Shown here: positions 48,429 to 61,044 of the stretch, piece after piece
Layout: each line of letters begins with the position of its first letter
Position numbering within the stretch: position 1 is the stretch's first letter
Source: Phallusia mammillata
Taxonomy: Eukaryota
DNA length: 64,000 bases
Direction: 5' to 3'
NCBI GenBank assembly: GCA_965637545.1
Contig: OZ281500.1
Coordinates: 7,750,001-7,814,000, forward strand
Program-made: the position numbers and the translations under genes
The notes under the pieces: model-generated
Seen by the model: only the letters and a program-made list of their open reading frames with translations
Database searches by the model: none
Told to the model about the DNA's origin: nothing

Positions 48429-51400
48429 ATGCAGAACTTGGCCGAAGCAGGGGAGAAAGCAGAGCTAGCAAACATGTCGGGAAATATTCAGCACAATAAG
48501 ACTGAAGAAAAGTTCAGATCTTCAAGGGTGGATTCAACTGATCGTCTTCTTTTGGACCACGACCAGAGCTCACACCCTTTGCCACCTTTTTTAAGCAACA
48601 GCGACGGGGCCAAGTACATAAAAGAGCAAGCGAACATCAATAATGGTCCAAATCAGTCGACACAACGAAGACAGTCACACGCGGCTCCGATATTTCTAGG
48701 TGGAAGATTTCTCCACAAAACCCTTGGCAACATCAGAACTTACAGCTCGGCAACTGATGAAACTAATGAGTCGGCTCAGGACGGAGGAGTCTCAAGTCCA
48801 TACGTAAGTTCAAATTACTTTCTATATCCCTCTGTCAATGAAGACAGCACCAGTGAAAACCAACAGACCAAGTCCACTTCATCACTGGACGTGCAAGGAA
48901 TAGAGAAATCGGCATCTTTTAGTCAGCTAGATGAAGTTGAAGATGCGTTTGCAGAAACAACCATCGATGACTCCGCCACTCCCGGGGCGTTTCCGGGATC
49001 TTTCAAGCGGCGAAAGTCAATGTCGGTTTTTCCAAGGCCTGACACGCTACATCGTGGCAAAGCTGCCGAAACAAATGATGATTCTCAAACTATACGCCGA
49101 CCCAAGAAACGAACAACTATTCAAATGGGGCAGGTAGCGCGGTTGTCCAAACGTACAGACAGCTTGATATCCCGTTCACGATCCTCGACGATAGACTCTG
49201 GTTCGTCGCTGGTCAGCAAGAAACGCGGGACGAGAAATTCGACGCTCGGAGAAGTTTCTAGAAACTCGCGCATCAGAAACAAAGCCTTTTCTCAAGCAGA
49301 AGGCGTTCATCACAGGTATAGGTAACACATGTTGACACATACGAATGAAAAACCCCACCAATGTCATATTTGTGAAAAAAGATTTGCCCGGGGTGATTAT
49401 TTGAAAACGCACGTGCTGACACACACCGATGTGATGTTTCTTAGGTAATAGTGCTTTCATAGCAAATTTTGTCTAAACTTTAGCAATTTGAGTTCTATTT
49501 CGCCGGGTGAAGCAAATCGTAGGCAACACGATTGCACTAAAAAATTCACCAAGCGGAAATACCTAAGTAACGTTAAAAAGCGGTAAAATTTACAAAGGTT
49601 GTGTCATTTTGTAGGTTCCTTCAAAGTCGTCTTCGCGTCGGATACATTTCGCATGAGTTTCTTCGCGAGTTGCGACGAATGAACAGAAAATCACATCCAA
49701 GAATCAGCAGAGTGAAAATTCTTACCGTAGGGTTATATTTGTTTCTAAAATACTTTTTACAAACTAAAAACATTCCCTTTTATTTAGCCGTACGAAAAAT
49801 TCCGAAGAATAGCCCAGATTATACGCTTGCTGCTGCGATGCCTGGATAACTACAGGAAGATTTCTGTGGTGTCTCATGTCAGTCAGATGTCGTTCGCCAT
49901 GCTTTCAAGCGATATGGTGACAACTAGAACGTACCGCGAAGGTCTTACCTTTGATCCAAACGACTACAGGGCTGTTACTGAAGTAAGTAAAATTAGTCCA
50001 AAAATTGCTTTAAAATGTGGCAAACATTTTAAATTGAAAGGAATAAATCGATAAACATTTTGTTTTCAGGGTCCTTTGAATGACGAAGTAAAGTACATTT
50101 TGACCATTGTACCACACCAAAGGACGGACAAACAAATCGAATATGTAAACAAACAAATAATGATTTTCATTACGCTGACACCACAAAATGATTGATCTCT
50201 TTTGTTAAACAGGCATTGAAAAGGTTACGCGCTTGTGTGGAGGAATTTGCCGAATTTCCGTTAAGAATGCAAGAAGCATTGATCCGGGTAGCCTGGCTTG
50301 ACGAGTAAGTATTTAGGACAGTGGTTCTTAACCTTTTTGGTGTATACATCAATAGCTTCTTACTACAGTCAATCGCCAATGTCGAGTTGCCTTTTGTTAT
50401 TTCGTGACTAAAAAAACAGATTTATAACTTTATTAGAGTAGAACTTAAAACAACAATTCAGGCACCATTGACTTACACAATTACCCTCGGTATGCATATG
50501 ATTTCCCATTGGTGGGAAATTTCCCACCGATTAAGAACCACTGAGTTGGGGTATTGCTTTGCTTTGGCTGTAGCCTCAACGTAGCAAGTTGTTCGTTTTA
50601 GATTTGAACCAAAGCGCATTGTAATCCGCCAAGGTCACAAGGCCGAAACATTCTACTTCATAGTTTCGGGCACAGCTCTTGTGACGAGGAATAGGATCAG
50701 TCATTCTGGGAAAGGATATGTTGAAACGGTTTGTAGTATTTACTATGATATATATATTCCGTGACAATGTAAGGTAAAAAATATTTCATAGGGTAAGCAT
50801 AGCAATCGTTTGAAACAAAAACCGCTGAGGGTGTGAAGCTCTATAATTTAGGCAGGATGTCCATTTAATTTCTGCAGTTTTTTGCCTTTATAGACTCGTT
50901 TGCATTTATTTATAAAATACAACATTGAAGTTAGTTGCTTTTGATTTTTTCTATGTGTTTATCTTTTATTGCTGGCCTAAGTCTAATGATCCATCGACAT
51001 TACCATGCAGGTAAACATATTAAAACGAGGAAAAAGCTTCGGTGAACTCGCAATTATGCGCCACGAGCAAAGAACCGACAACGTAGTTTGTCAAACTCAT
51101 CTCACATTGCTAACTGCCAGTCGAAAAGACTTCGTTGAGATTTTTATGCATAGGTAAGTTTCCTGAACTGCCACACCAAAAGCAACCTCTAGGACAAAAC
51201 TTTTTGTTTTTGATCAGAATGGATGGCGGTGAGCCTGAGTTTATGACCTTTTTACGCACACTGCCCGAGTTCAAAGGTTATCCTCTTTATAAGTTGCCAC
51301 GGAACAAGCCAAAGATCTGCGCCTTCACGTACTTTCGTGTCGGTGTGGTGATTTGCCCAAACAGCAATGACAGCGATGTTATTGTCATCGTAAAATCGGT

Positions 51401-53917
51401 CAGTACGTTCATCAAGCTAATATGATATTGTGGTTGATATTGCATTGTTTTGCTAAGTGTCGGTTAAATGTTTTAGCTTGTGCCGCCATTGCAACTTAAA
51501 TTATATTACATATTGTTATTGAAGGGATTCTGTCGGGTGGTGAAGTGTCTTCGTGCCACTCGCCCAAATATACACGGTCTCGGAGCTGCACGCAGTGACC
51601 TGAATTACGAAAAAACTCTTGACAAAGCATCAGCAGGTTAGTACCAAGTTGTATGATTAGATTTGAATTGGGAATGAAAATAGGTCTATGATTAAATATA
51701 CAACCATTTCCAACTACTTGGTTGATCTTGATTTTAGTTGATTTAGTTCTTAATTTGTTTCAACAGTCAAACTCTTAATAATTCATGCAGAAAAATATGG
51801 GTCGCGGTTTGGTGTGGAAAAACCCATCGTTCTGACTTCTCCAACATCACCTGTGTCGTTGTTAACCGGCCCCAAACTCCCATCACTGATGAGGCGACTT
51901 ACTTTGCCAATGGTGAAGTAAGTACACGCAATTTTAATGTGAAATAAGGAGGGGACTTTAAAAATTGTTTTTCTTTAAAAGAAAATACTCCAGCGATTCA
52001 GAATCACTTCGTCGAATCGCAGCACCCGAAACTTTTGGTAAATATCTTTGTAGCCCTGCAATTACAACATTGATACATTTTACTTCTGTACAATTTAATT
52101 TTTTTTTAGATTCCGGTAAAAAACTAGATGAGCACAAATTCTCCATTAATAACAGTTACCGAAAGTGGCAGGTTGATCACCCAATATCACGGGAAACTTT
52201 CGCTCTTCTGATGACAGGACGCGAAGTAGAAGTAAATGGGCCAGAGGATGAAGAAAAACAGGAAGAAAACGAAGAAGAGTTTGATAACTTTGATGTACAC
52301 GAACGCAATTTTGATTACTTTTGTCAGCAGCAAATGTACGCCGAAGAAGTAAAGGAAGGTAAATAGAACAAAAACATTTGACTCTGAAGTGACTCACTGT
52401 GAATGTAAGAATTATAACATACCAGAACAAAATGTAAAACTTTGCACAAGTTTGGTTACGTATATTTTTAAATTAAAATCATTTAGCTAACGTGTTCAGA
52501 GCAAATATATTTCGCTTATGAAAGCATATTCAGTTTTCTATTTAAATACAACCAATCTTATCTAAATTCAAATAAACTTTAAGCAATTAGTGTTTCCAAA
52601 CCAATCTTATAACTAAAGTGGACAAATCGACTATGCTTCAAAAATTTCGGAAACGTGAAGCTTTGATACATCACTATAGTAACTTATAGTATATAGAAAC
52701 TATAAAGAAACTTAAAATAAAATTTTGCCAACAGATGAGAATGATGAGCGACGCGGCTCGACTCACAGCAATTTTCGCACCCAGATTTTGAAACGCAACC
52801 GGGCGAGCTTGGTAGATGCGTGGGCGTGGAAGCAACGAAAGAAGGTTGGACTTTACATAAGCTTGATGTGATTGTGATATATCGTGTAACTGTTGTATGT
52901 TTTCACTAGGCATCATCAACTTTTTCAAATCTCCCAACACTAAACGAAAACGTATTACCACGACCTTCATTCGTTAAAAACAGCAATAATGAAGAAACAG
53001 ACAACAAACCAACATATATCCATGTTCAAACGCTAGGCGAAAAAGATGTGTTTGTATGTTTAACTTTAAACCGTGTGTAGTTGGATTTTTCAAAACCTGA
53101 TTTTAAATTTGGGCAATTTATAAGGGTCTATTGCCGATTCTTTTTGACAAGTCGGAAGGAGCAACGTCGGTTTCTCTCATCTCCGAAGGTGCTGAATGTA
53201 TTTTAATCAACAAAGAGTTCTTTTTAAAACACTTCGACGATGAGTTACGAGAATCACTGATTCGAAAGGTTTGTGTCTACTTTCCTGCGTTTAAAACTAA
53301 ACCAGGAGCGCTAACCTTTCTTTTGGGTATTGTAATGATGCTGAATCAAAACAGTCAGGAGAAGGGGTTTAAGAACTAGTTGGTTTCTTTAAAGCAGTGG
53401 TTTTAACCTGTGGGTCGCGACCCTATAGTGTCGTTTTCCACTTTCCTTGGGTGGCGAAAGTCTTTGATAAACAATAAAGAATTCAAAAATATTTTTCGGA
53501 AGTAAAAAATAAAAAACATTTAGCAAGCTAACACTCTTTTTCATTCACCAAATTGAGAGTTTGCTCTATTAATACGAAAAAAGATAATTTTAGAAAGGCG
53601 TCGCAAATTACATTTAGTTGCTAAAAGCGGTCGCGTGTTAAAAAAGGTTGAGAACCACTGCCTTAAAGGGTTGCCGACAAAACAAGGTGCAAGAACCCAT
53701 GTATACCAAACCAAATAAACTGTCATTTCAGGTTCGTCCTTATCCAACAGAGGAGAGTCTACAGATGAGCATGCAAGATCAGGCAAACTGGGACGCTTAC
53801 AAGTTCATGACCGTTCACGCCCATGTAACTCAGAAAATCAAGTCAAAGCACGTAGTGGCACCTAAAGCTCTCACAGTTCCTGTGCGTGCTCCCAACTACA
53901 AATATTTGTTCTCGTAG
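48429..53917 (+). CDS. CNBD2: Cyclic nucleotide-binding domain protein, CNBD2/CRIS-like, with a long disordered N-terminus
   Basis: Phase-consistent exons from 48429-49315/49321, 49615, about 49790, 50070, 50212, 50602, 51011, 51219, 51526, 51791, 51981, 52110, 52735, 52910, 53126 and 53732-53917. Motifs: LTFDP..Y; [16 protein letters not shown]; [15 protein letters not shown]; degenerate second domain [18 protein letters not shown]; C-terminal [11 protein letters not shown]. Confidence 0.82.
49329..49444 (+). CDS. Isolated C2H2 zinc-finger ORF in CNBD2-like intron 1 (candidate alternative exon)
   Basis: ATG 49329 [39 protein letters not shown], ending at an AG|GTAATA donor in the same phase (2) as the next CNBD2 exon acceptor at 49614. 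Confidence 0.6.
50319..50543. mobile_element. hAT MITE, TSD not conserved
   Basis: TIR CAGTGGTTCTTAA; a related end at about 34340-34396. Confidence 0.7.
53395..53660. mobile_element. hAT MITE
   Basis: Termini CAGTGGTTTTAACCT / AGGTTGAGAACCACTG; TSD CTTTAAAG/CCTTAAAG. Confidence 0.85.
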
Positions 53918-54646
53918 AGTTTGTGCTGCCGAACAAAAACGAATTCCGTATCGTGCCGCGACTTGTTTATTTTTGAAAATACTTTGGATTGTTGAAAATT
54001 GGTTAAGTCTTCTAGGAGGATTAAACCTGGTGTTCATGTGTGAATAACGGACACAGTTTGCCAAAAAACTTGTCGACGGAACGTAGTTACTCTCTTAAAA
54101 CGCACATACACAGGCCTTTGCATAACACAAGTGCCGAATCTGTTGTTTCTAGTTTGAAATAAAGAACTTTTATATATTTTAGTAGAGCTAGGATTATTTT
54201 CAGTAAACAGATTGCCACTTTGAAATATGGCACGGTTTTTAGCGTCCGACCTATAGTAAGGTAAAAAGGTAAGCAGCAATATCAACCAAACAAAAAGTGC
54301 TAAAAAAACATACAAAAACAATATCTTATAAAATAATGCAAATGCTGTCACAATTTCATTTAACTACGTCGTCTTCCTGGAACAAAATATAAAAGAAAGT
54401 GAGTCAATCGCAACTTAGATCACAGGTTTTCAACCGGAATACATTTTTTACCTATACAAAGGGTAACTTTAACATGCGTTTATCTGGAGTGGGTTATGCA
54501 GCAAATTCATACAAAACAGTTTTTGAAAGAAGCTGAAATTGTTTTATTGTGTGTTTTAATACACTTGAGGTTATATTTTATCTTCTAAGTCTGCCATGGA
54601 ACAAGCAAGAGAAAAAACTATTGCATTTCATGACGAGATTTCAATT

Positions 54647-57600
54647 CTACACCATCTTGGAACGTATTTGATCGTGCTTTTGCAACGTGATGCAGCCGTG
54701 GTGGGAAATTCCACATGGAACGTTGCACTCGGATCGAATAACGTTGGTCTCGGGATCTAGATAGCTGACGTTTGAAATAGCTTTGCCTGACTCGTCCCGT
54801 CCACCGACGATGAAAATCTGCCGAGTCCAAATAACGTTGACATGTTTTAGGATACTTCCTGCTTGTTAACAGGCAATAACAGTTTGGAAAAATGCTGACG
54901 TTGCGAGAGACCCACACAGGGGAAACTGTGTGGCGCAAATGATGTTTTTGTCACTTACACAATGGTTAATAGCAGATGTAAGGCGGTCGGGCTTTAAGGG
55001 CTTGGTTCGGGCTTAGGTTTAAATAAAACGGGTTAGATTAGGGCCTAACTTTTTGTGCCCCATTTTTACAAATTTCCAGACCCAATTTGAGCGTTGATTG
55101 TTTTAAATCTGGTTTAGGCCGGGTTTCTGGCTTGTAATTTCAAGTTTGGGCCAGCTTACAACTATGTAGCTCCCACTGAATAAGAAAATACTGTTTACGT
55201 TACAAATTTAACAGTACATTACTGTTGTCATATCCACGAAACATGCAACTTGTTTAAACAATCTTTTCAAAGGTTTCATACAAAAAAAGTTTTTTTTTGC
55301 CAGATCAACGGTTTCCTACCAATCGAAATATAACATGAAACGAAAAATGTTTTCCAAGGCCCATTTCAGATGCACAAATTTACCACACGACATTACCTTG
55401 TCGCTACATAACGTCACTCCACAGCTTGCTCTCTCGGACAGCAATTGATCGCCCACTCTTTCCCACACTTCAGTGGTAGTGTCGAATTTTAACACGTTTC
55501 TTAATGTCCCACCAACCACGTAGATCGAGGATCGATGTGAAATGGCGTTGATGCATTTTGCGGCTTCGGGCATCGGTTTTGAGGTTCTCCATAAGTCGTA
55601 AGAAGGATCGTATACCTAAGTATTTAATTTCAGGGATTTTATGTTTAGAGCAGGGTTGGGCGACCAAAAGTTCAGGGATTTAATGTTTAGAGCAGGGTTA
55701 GGCGACCTTTATCAGTGCGGGGCCAACTACAATTACCATGGATTAGATCGCGGGTCACACCTTTACATAACACAATGTGATTCTACTTTGTTGCATACCA
55801 TATATGCCTATATTGATTTACAAAGAAAAGTTCGCATTTGTTTCTATATTGTCAGGTTGCAAAAAAGCCACCAGTTGCATTAATCTGCTCAAAAATACGT
55901 AGTAATTGGACTTGTCTGGAAATACATTTGAAATCCAAGCGTCTCTGCAAACCGAGCAAACCGAATCGATGGCCGCAGGCTGTACACCCCTGGTTTAAAG
56001 TGTAAAAAAATCGTAGACAAAAATGAAAGCTTTTTTCCATAGAAATAAGTCCAACATATCTTAGTGCATGTGTGATTGTAAAATTTCTTTCTGGACTTGG
56101 TGTATTGTTAAAAAAAGAAATTGCCACCTGCACTTTCTCCGATGATATCCGCACACTGGGACCTCCCCCGATGACGTAAATCATCTTGTTGCATTCGCAT
56201 ACAGCGGCTGAACTCACTCCTTCTCGCATTTGTCGTTTCTCGTGCCATCGGTTTTCCCTGCTCGTCAAATTTGAGATTCAGTGTAATAAAGTATTATTAC
56301 TTGATTGTATTGTAATTAAGCGAACCTTTCGTCGTATTTCTCCAGGCTATCAACCCGCAGTAACCCATCGTAACCTCCAACCACGTAGACCTCGCCACAG
56401 CACGTGACCATGCGATGTCGCCACCGACCTGTGTTTAAATTTCCCAGTTCGACCCACTGACGAAGAGAGGTTATAAACATCCAAGCTTCCTGAAACACGT
56501 CACAAGATTAGTTTACTTATTCTTTCATTCTCTTTTGTATTTTGTCTTTTATTCTTTTTTGTATTTTAAACTGGTCATCTCATGATTATAGTCAGGGTTG
56601 CCATCGACTTGAAACCAAAAATAAGGACAACCGAAAATTTGCTTTTATACGAGCCATGACATAATATTTGCAATATTTTGGCCAGAAACAATCTGTTCCA
56701 GCAACTCGTTGTTCGTAGAAAATACTAAGTGCATCTCACGACAGCTCAGGTGTAGGTTTACTTTTTCCTGTAGCAGGGATTTGACTATAGTAATTGTTGA
56801 AAATAAGACAAAATAAGGACATTTCTTAGAAATAAGGACAATGAATTTTCCTAAGACACACCCCTTTAAAATAAGGACAAATCTTAAAAATAAGGACGGT
56901 ATGGCAACCATGATTATAGTCGTGCTATCTACTTTATTAGCTTTAGACAGAAACTTCGTGTTTTAATTTAAGCAATAATAAAAATGACATTGGCGTAGAC
57001 AGGGGTCATGGTCATGCCATCAAAGTGGTCATTTTCGTACCCATAACATGTTTTAAAACAACTTGTACATCACCAAGTCGCAACATTTTTGCCCATACCA
57101 AAATTTGTCCCCTTGTCCGAATTTTGTTCTAGTAACGACACTGGTATAAGACTATAGTACCTTTCGACTTTCTTTGCCACCACTAACTAGAATGTTGTCC
57201 TTCCAGGCAACACATCCAAACTCGGCCCATTTTGAGCGATCTTGTGACGGGGCATTTGAATCATTGCTTGCTTTTGAAATAGCGCGAGTTGAGTTTTTGC
57301 TCGATGGCAGATGACAGAGGGTAGCACGGGTCTTGTGCTGAAAGTCCAGAACCGACACCTCGCCGATAAAACGGTCCTCCTTGTCGCAGCCCCCAACAGT
57401 GACGAACACCTACATAGGAAACAAGTGTCAGGCATGTTGTGTTGAGTACACAGCTAACACATTAGAGGCTTTATGACAATTTGCGTTGGTTTTTAATAAA
57501 CAGCAAGAAGATTGTCATGACATATTACAACGTTAGCAGTTCATTTTTGTCTGTTTTTAAGCCATACAAAACTATCCGTGTAGATGCTTTTTTACTATTC

Positions 57601-60600
57601 AGTGTAGATGCTTTTTTAGCGAAATATATTTGTTTTTTAAAAGATTGTCAACTGATTTCAGCCTGGAAATAAAGATTTCCCACACTTGTGATATATATAA
57701 TATGAAAGGTGGAAATCGTTGCAACAATGGCAATAGAACAGGGAATGATTCCCAGAATCAATTTATCAGGATTTAGATGACTGATGGTCACATTCCTTAA
57801 ATGGTATGCGCAAGTTCTCAGTTTCGTTGGCAACAAATACCCGGAAGCGAGATTAAGTTTAGTTAAGAGTCATCGAAACGAAAACCCTGTGTGCTAACCT
57901 GGTGCACCAAGGCGCTTTGCCGAGGAACAATGCGAGTTCCTTCTGTGACGTCGCCGATTGTTCGGTAGCGCCGAGCTTCCATGAGCAAGTCAAACACATC
58001 TTCATTGTTTCTGATCAGTTCGTGAGTTTCAATATGCAGGACAAAATAACGAGGGTCGATTAATGGAAATTTCACCTGCGAAAAGAAATGAGTTAAAATA
58101 GTAAAGGCTGCAAAATTCGTGAGGGTAAAGATAAGGGGCTGCGCAATTTCCTATAGCTGAATAAGTAAAATGTACGGATATAATTTGATAAAAGCAATTT
58201 TATAACACCTGTTAAAATTAAGACTTACGCTATACATCATTTTGCAAACAAGCACCTAACGCACATATATCTACAAATAAACACTCGATAATCATTAAAA
58301 ATTTTACGGTTTTAGTGAGATTTCTTCTGAAACTTACGTGCTGCAGCAGAGTTTTAAGATGTTTCTTTCTAGTTTCTGGGGAATATTCGCACCAACTTAT
58401 CACGAGCTCGAATACTTGTTCCTCGTGATGAATCATGAGATCGTTGCGACTCACCAAAGATTCGAGCAACTCGCTCGAAAGAACAACATAGTCGGATTTC
58501 TGTTGTATACAAAGTGCATTTTACAACCGAACCAACATAAGCGTTACATAGGCAATAGCACGGATGCATTGCAAGCAGACAGGGTTGAAATATTAGTGGA
58601 TTAATGGAAAATGACAAGTGACAGGTAATTCGAAACACATTAGTCGAATGCTATTGCTTTTGGCATACATTTTCCTGCAATATTTGCATTGTATTTTAAG
58701 GGAAAGGATGACAAGTGGTAATTGGGAGATTTCGTTTTTGGAATGTTCACTTACGCATTTGAGTTGATCAAAACTGGTCACACATTTGAGTCGAGCCATC
58801 ACAAGGAGATTATGCAGGTTGTGCGTGTGAGCCAACTCCATGATACCAGGGGCGTTTTCCACAGCAAGCTCGCTCACGAAGTAGTTCGAACAAGCCTCTA
58901 AAACACGATTAAACTGAAAAACAAGAGTAGATATATAGGTTCCCACTTATATCCAAAAACCATTCTATTACAAAGCGGATGGCCCTACCTGAAGAAGGCT
59001 GGCAGCTTCAAGGACATTCTGCACATTTTCGCGACTGATTTCCAAATACGACGTGTAGGCGTATCGAATGAGAATTTTCATGACTTCCGAAGAGACGCCA
59101 TTGATGGCTACCGACGGTTGATTTTTCTCTCGGTAGTCATTGCAAAACATTGCCCTGAAAGAATCAACCACGGTTTAAAATACATTAGGTTGAATGAGGT
59201 ACCTTAGAAGTTTAAAAATTTTACTTGCTATGTAAATATAAGTTGTCAGAAACAAAGTTTACACGTACATTTTCTCCATTAGATAGTGCAATACGTTTTG
59301 CTCATTTCAGTAATTAATTATCCAAGTTTGGACAAGTTGGATAAAAAATACAAGTACAATTTTTCTTGGATATGTAAATACATTTTGCTTATTTCTGTAA
59401 TTATTATTGAACATCTGAAAAATCTGACACTTGCCTAAAATATTTACTACTAGCGGCCAGAATCATTCTGTGGCATAGAAATCGGTGTTCCCCTACTTCC
59501 AAGGTGACGTCAGTAAATTGTCCATCGAGCGCCAATTCGCGAATCGAATCCTGAAAACACATCATATGACCCTTGTCAGATTTTGAGTTGCACATCAATG
59601 AGTTTAGCCCTAAAAGACTTCACAACGATCACACGATGCTATAAAAAGCTAATTTAGAATAGTTTTTCCTCCGACGGTAAAGTTTTACAAATTATTCGTT
59701 TTTAGGTTCTTAAACTAAAAAGTAAGTAATTTATTGTATGAATTTACTCCAGTTGAACAAAAAATGTACTGAATATGCGTCTTGATGGACGAAACGTTGG
59801 TTCATTATTTTCTATAACATGTCAAATGAGTATCTTTGTTTTCTATAACATGTCAAATGAGTATCTTTGTTATTTGTTTCGAATTGTGCGTTTTCGTCAC
59901 ATGTACAAAACCTGTCTATATTCAACAATAATACCTGCATCATAGACGGAAAATAGGGATCAGAATATTGAAAAGAAGAAGACGAGTTTTGCTGGGATGT
60001 GACATCGTTAGATTGACCCGCAAGAGCAATGGACGACCGACGATCGCCTAATCAATCACAGTGTAAAAGTTGAAATAAATGAATCAGCAAAGGAGCTTTT
60101 GTGATAAGATGAGATATAAAGGGTAACACCGTGCGAACGGAAATTGGGTCTATAGATGATTTGCGTAAATTATAATAAAGTGATCCGGGGATTAAAATCT
60201 TTAGCATGTTAACACGAAGCACACGACTTGCAAAGTTATATACCGTCACAGCACGAAACAATAACATGCTTAGAGATACGCTCTTTAATTACATGTACAT
60301 ACCAGCAGCCCGACCAGAATCGGTCTCCGCTATTCCAGGGATACCTTGAGATGGAGACAGACAGGGCGCCATGTTGTTGGGCAACATGGAAAGCAAATTC
60401 ACATTAGGTTTTTCGAAAAGTTCACTCATGGTGATATACACTCTTTTGTCATCGTCGGGTTTTACGTCAGTTGGGCAATAATGCTCACTATAAGATCCAT
60501 CTGCAGTCGCATCTGGAATATCTTCCTGCTGGGTAAAAGCGTATTGTTTCGCAGTAGCTGCAGCAGAAGCTGTGGGACTATCGTCTTTCTTATCCGTAGT

Positions 60601-61044
60601 TGCGTTGACGTTTTCAATGTCTTTGTTAGCTCTCTCGTGCAGACATTCGCGGTCTGACTGCAAATTCAAGCGTAATTCGGCTGTATGACTTTCCGTGACA
60701 TTTGATGATAAGGTAAGCGCGGAACTTGACGCCATCTCCTTCGGACTACTGCTGCTGCTCGCGTTGTTAACGCTGGAGGTGCTGCCATGCTCCTCCGAGT
60801 TGGAGTAGGTCTTCCTTAGCGTCCTTTTCAGTTTTTTTAAATGCGAACTAACCTTTTCGGTGGAGCAGTGCGGAGATTTCTTTGACTTGTGGGCGGATTT
60901 CTCCAGCGTGTAGCATTTGGCGTGTTTGTTTTCTATTACAACACCACCGGCGCCCCATTCCCCAAGATCAGCGGCACCAGACCTTGCATTCTCATGGCCC
61001 GGCTCAAACACCTCTTCTCCGTCGGATTGACTACCAGACGCCAT
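54647..61044 (-). CDS. KLHL24: Kelch-like protein 24-like (BTB-BACK-6 Kelch) with an N-terminal extension of about 250 aa
   Basis: Exons 61044-60303, 59609-59435 (GC donor), 59154-58989, 58913-58755, 58499-58338, about 58075-57900, 57410-57165, 56490-56327, about 56250-56113, 55617-55397, 54817-54647. BTB FTDVTL..HRMILAASSKYFR|AMF; Kelch IYVIGGGP...SEKVQVYDP and final IFIVGGR..DPET..SHHGCIT match KLHL24-type repeats as recalled. Confidence 0.85.
55629..55707 (+). repeat. Tandem duplication (period 42) spanning a MITE end
   Basis: TTCAGGGATTTWATGTTTAGAGCAGGGTTRGGCGACC twice. Confidence 0.85.
55693..55992. mobile_element. hAT MITE
   Basis: Termini CAGGGTTAGGCGACCT / AGGCTGTACACCCCTG; TSD GTTTAGAG/GTTTAAAG. 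Confidence 0.75.
56593..56912. mobile_element. hAT-Blackjack-like MITE
   Basis: Termini CAGGGTTGCCAT / ATGGCAACCATG; perfect TSD ATTATAGT; multiple AAATAAGGAC repeats. Confidence 0.9.
59808..59871 (+). repeat. Perfect 31-bp tandem duplication in KLHL24-like intron
   Basis: TTTTCTATAACATGTCAAATGAGTATCTTTG twice. Confidence 0.9.

Noticed and set aside
54618-54938. 106-aa ORF as the KLHL24-like last exon
   Set aside because: Wrong frame; the Kelch 6 sequence lies in another frame at 54817-54647
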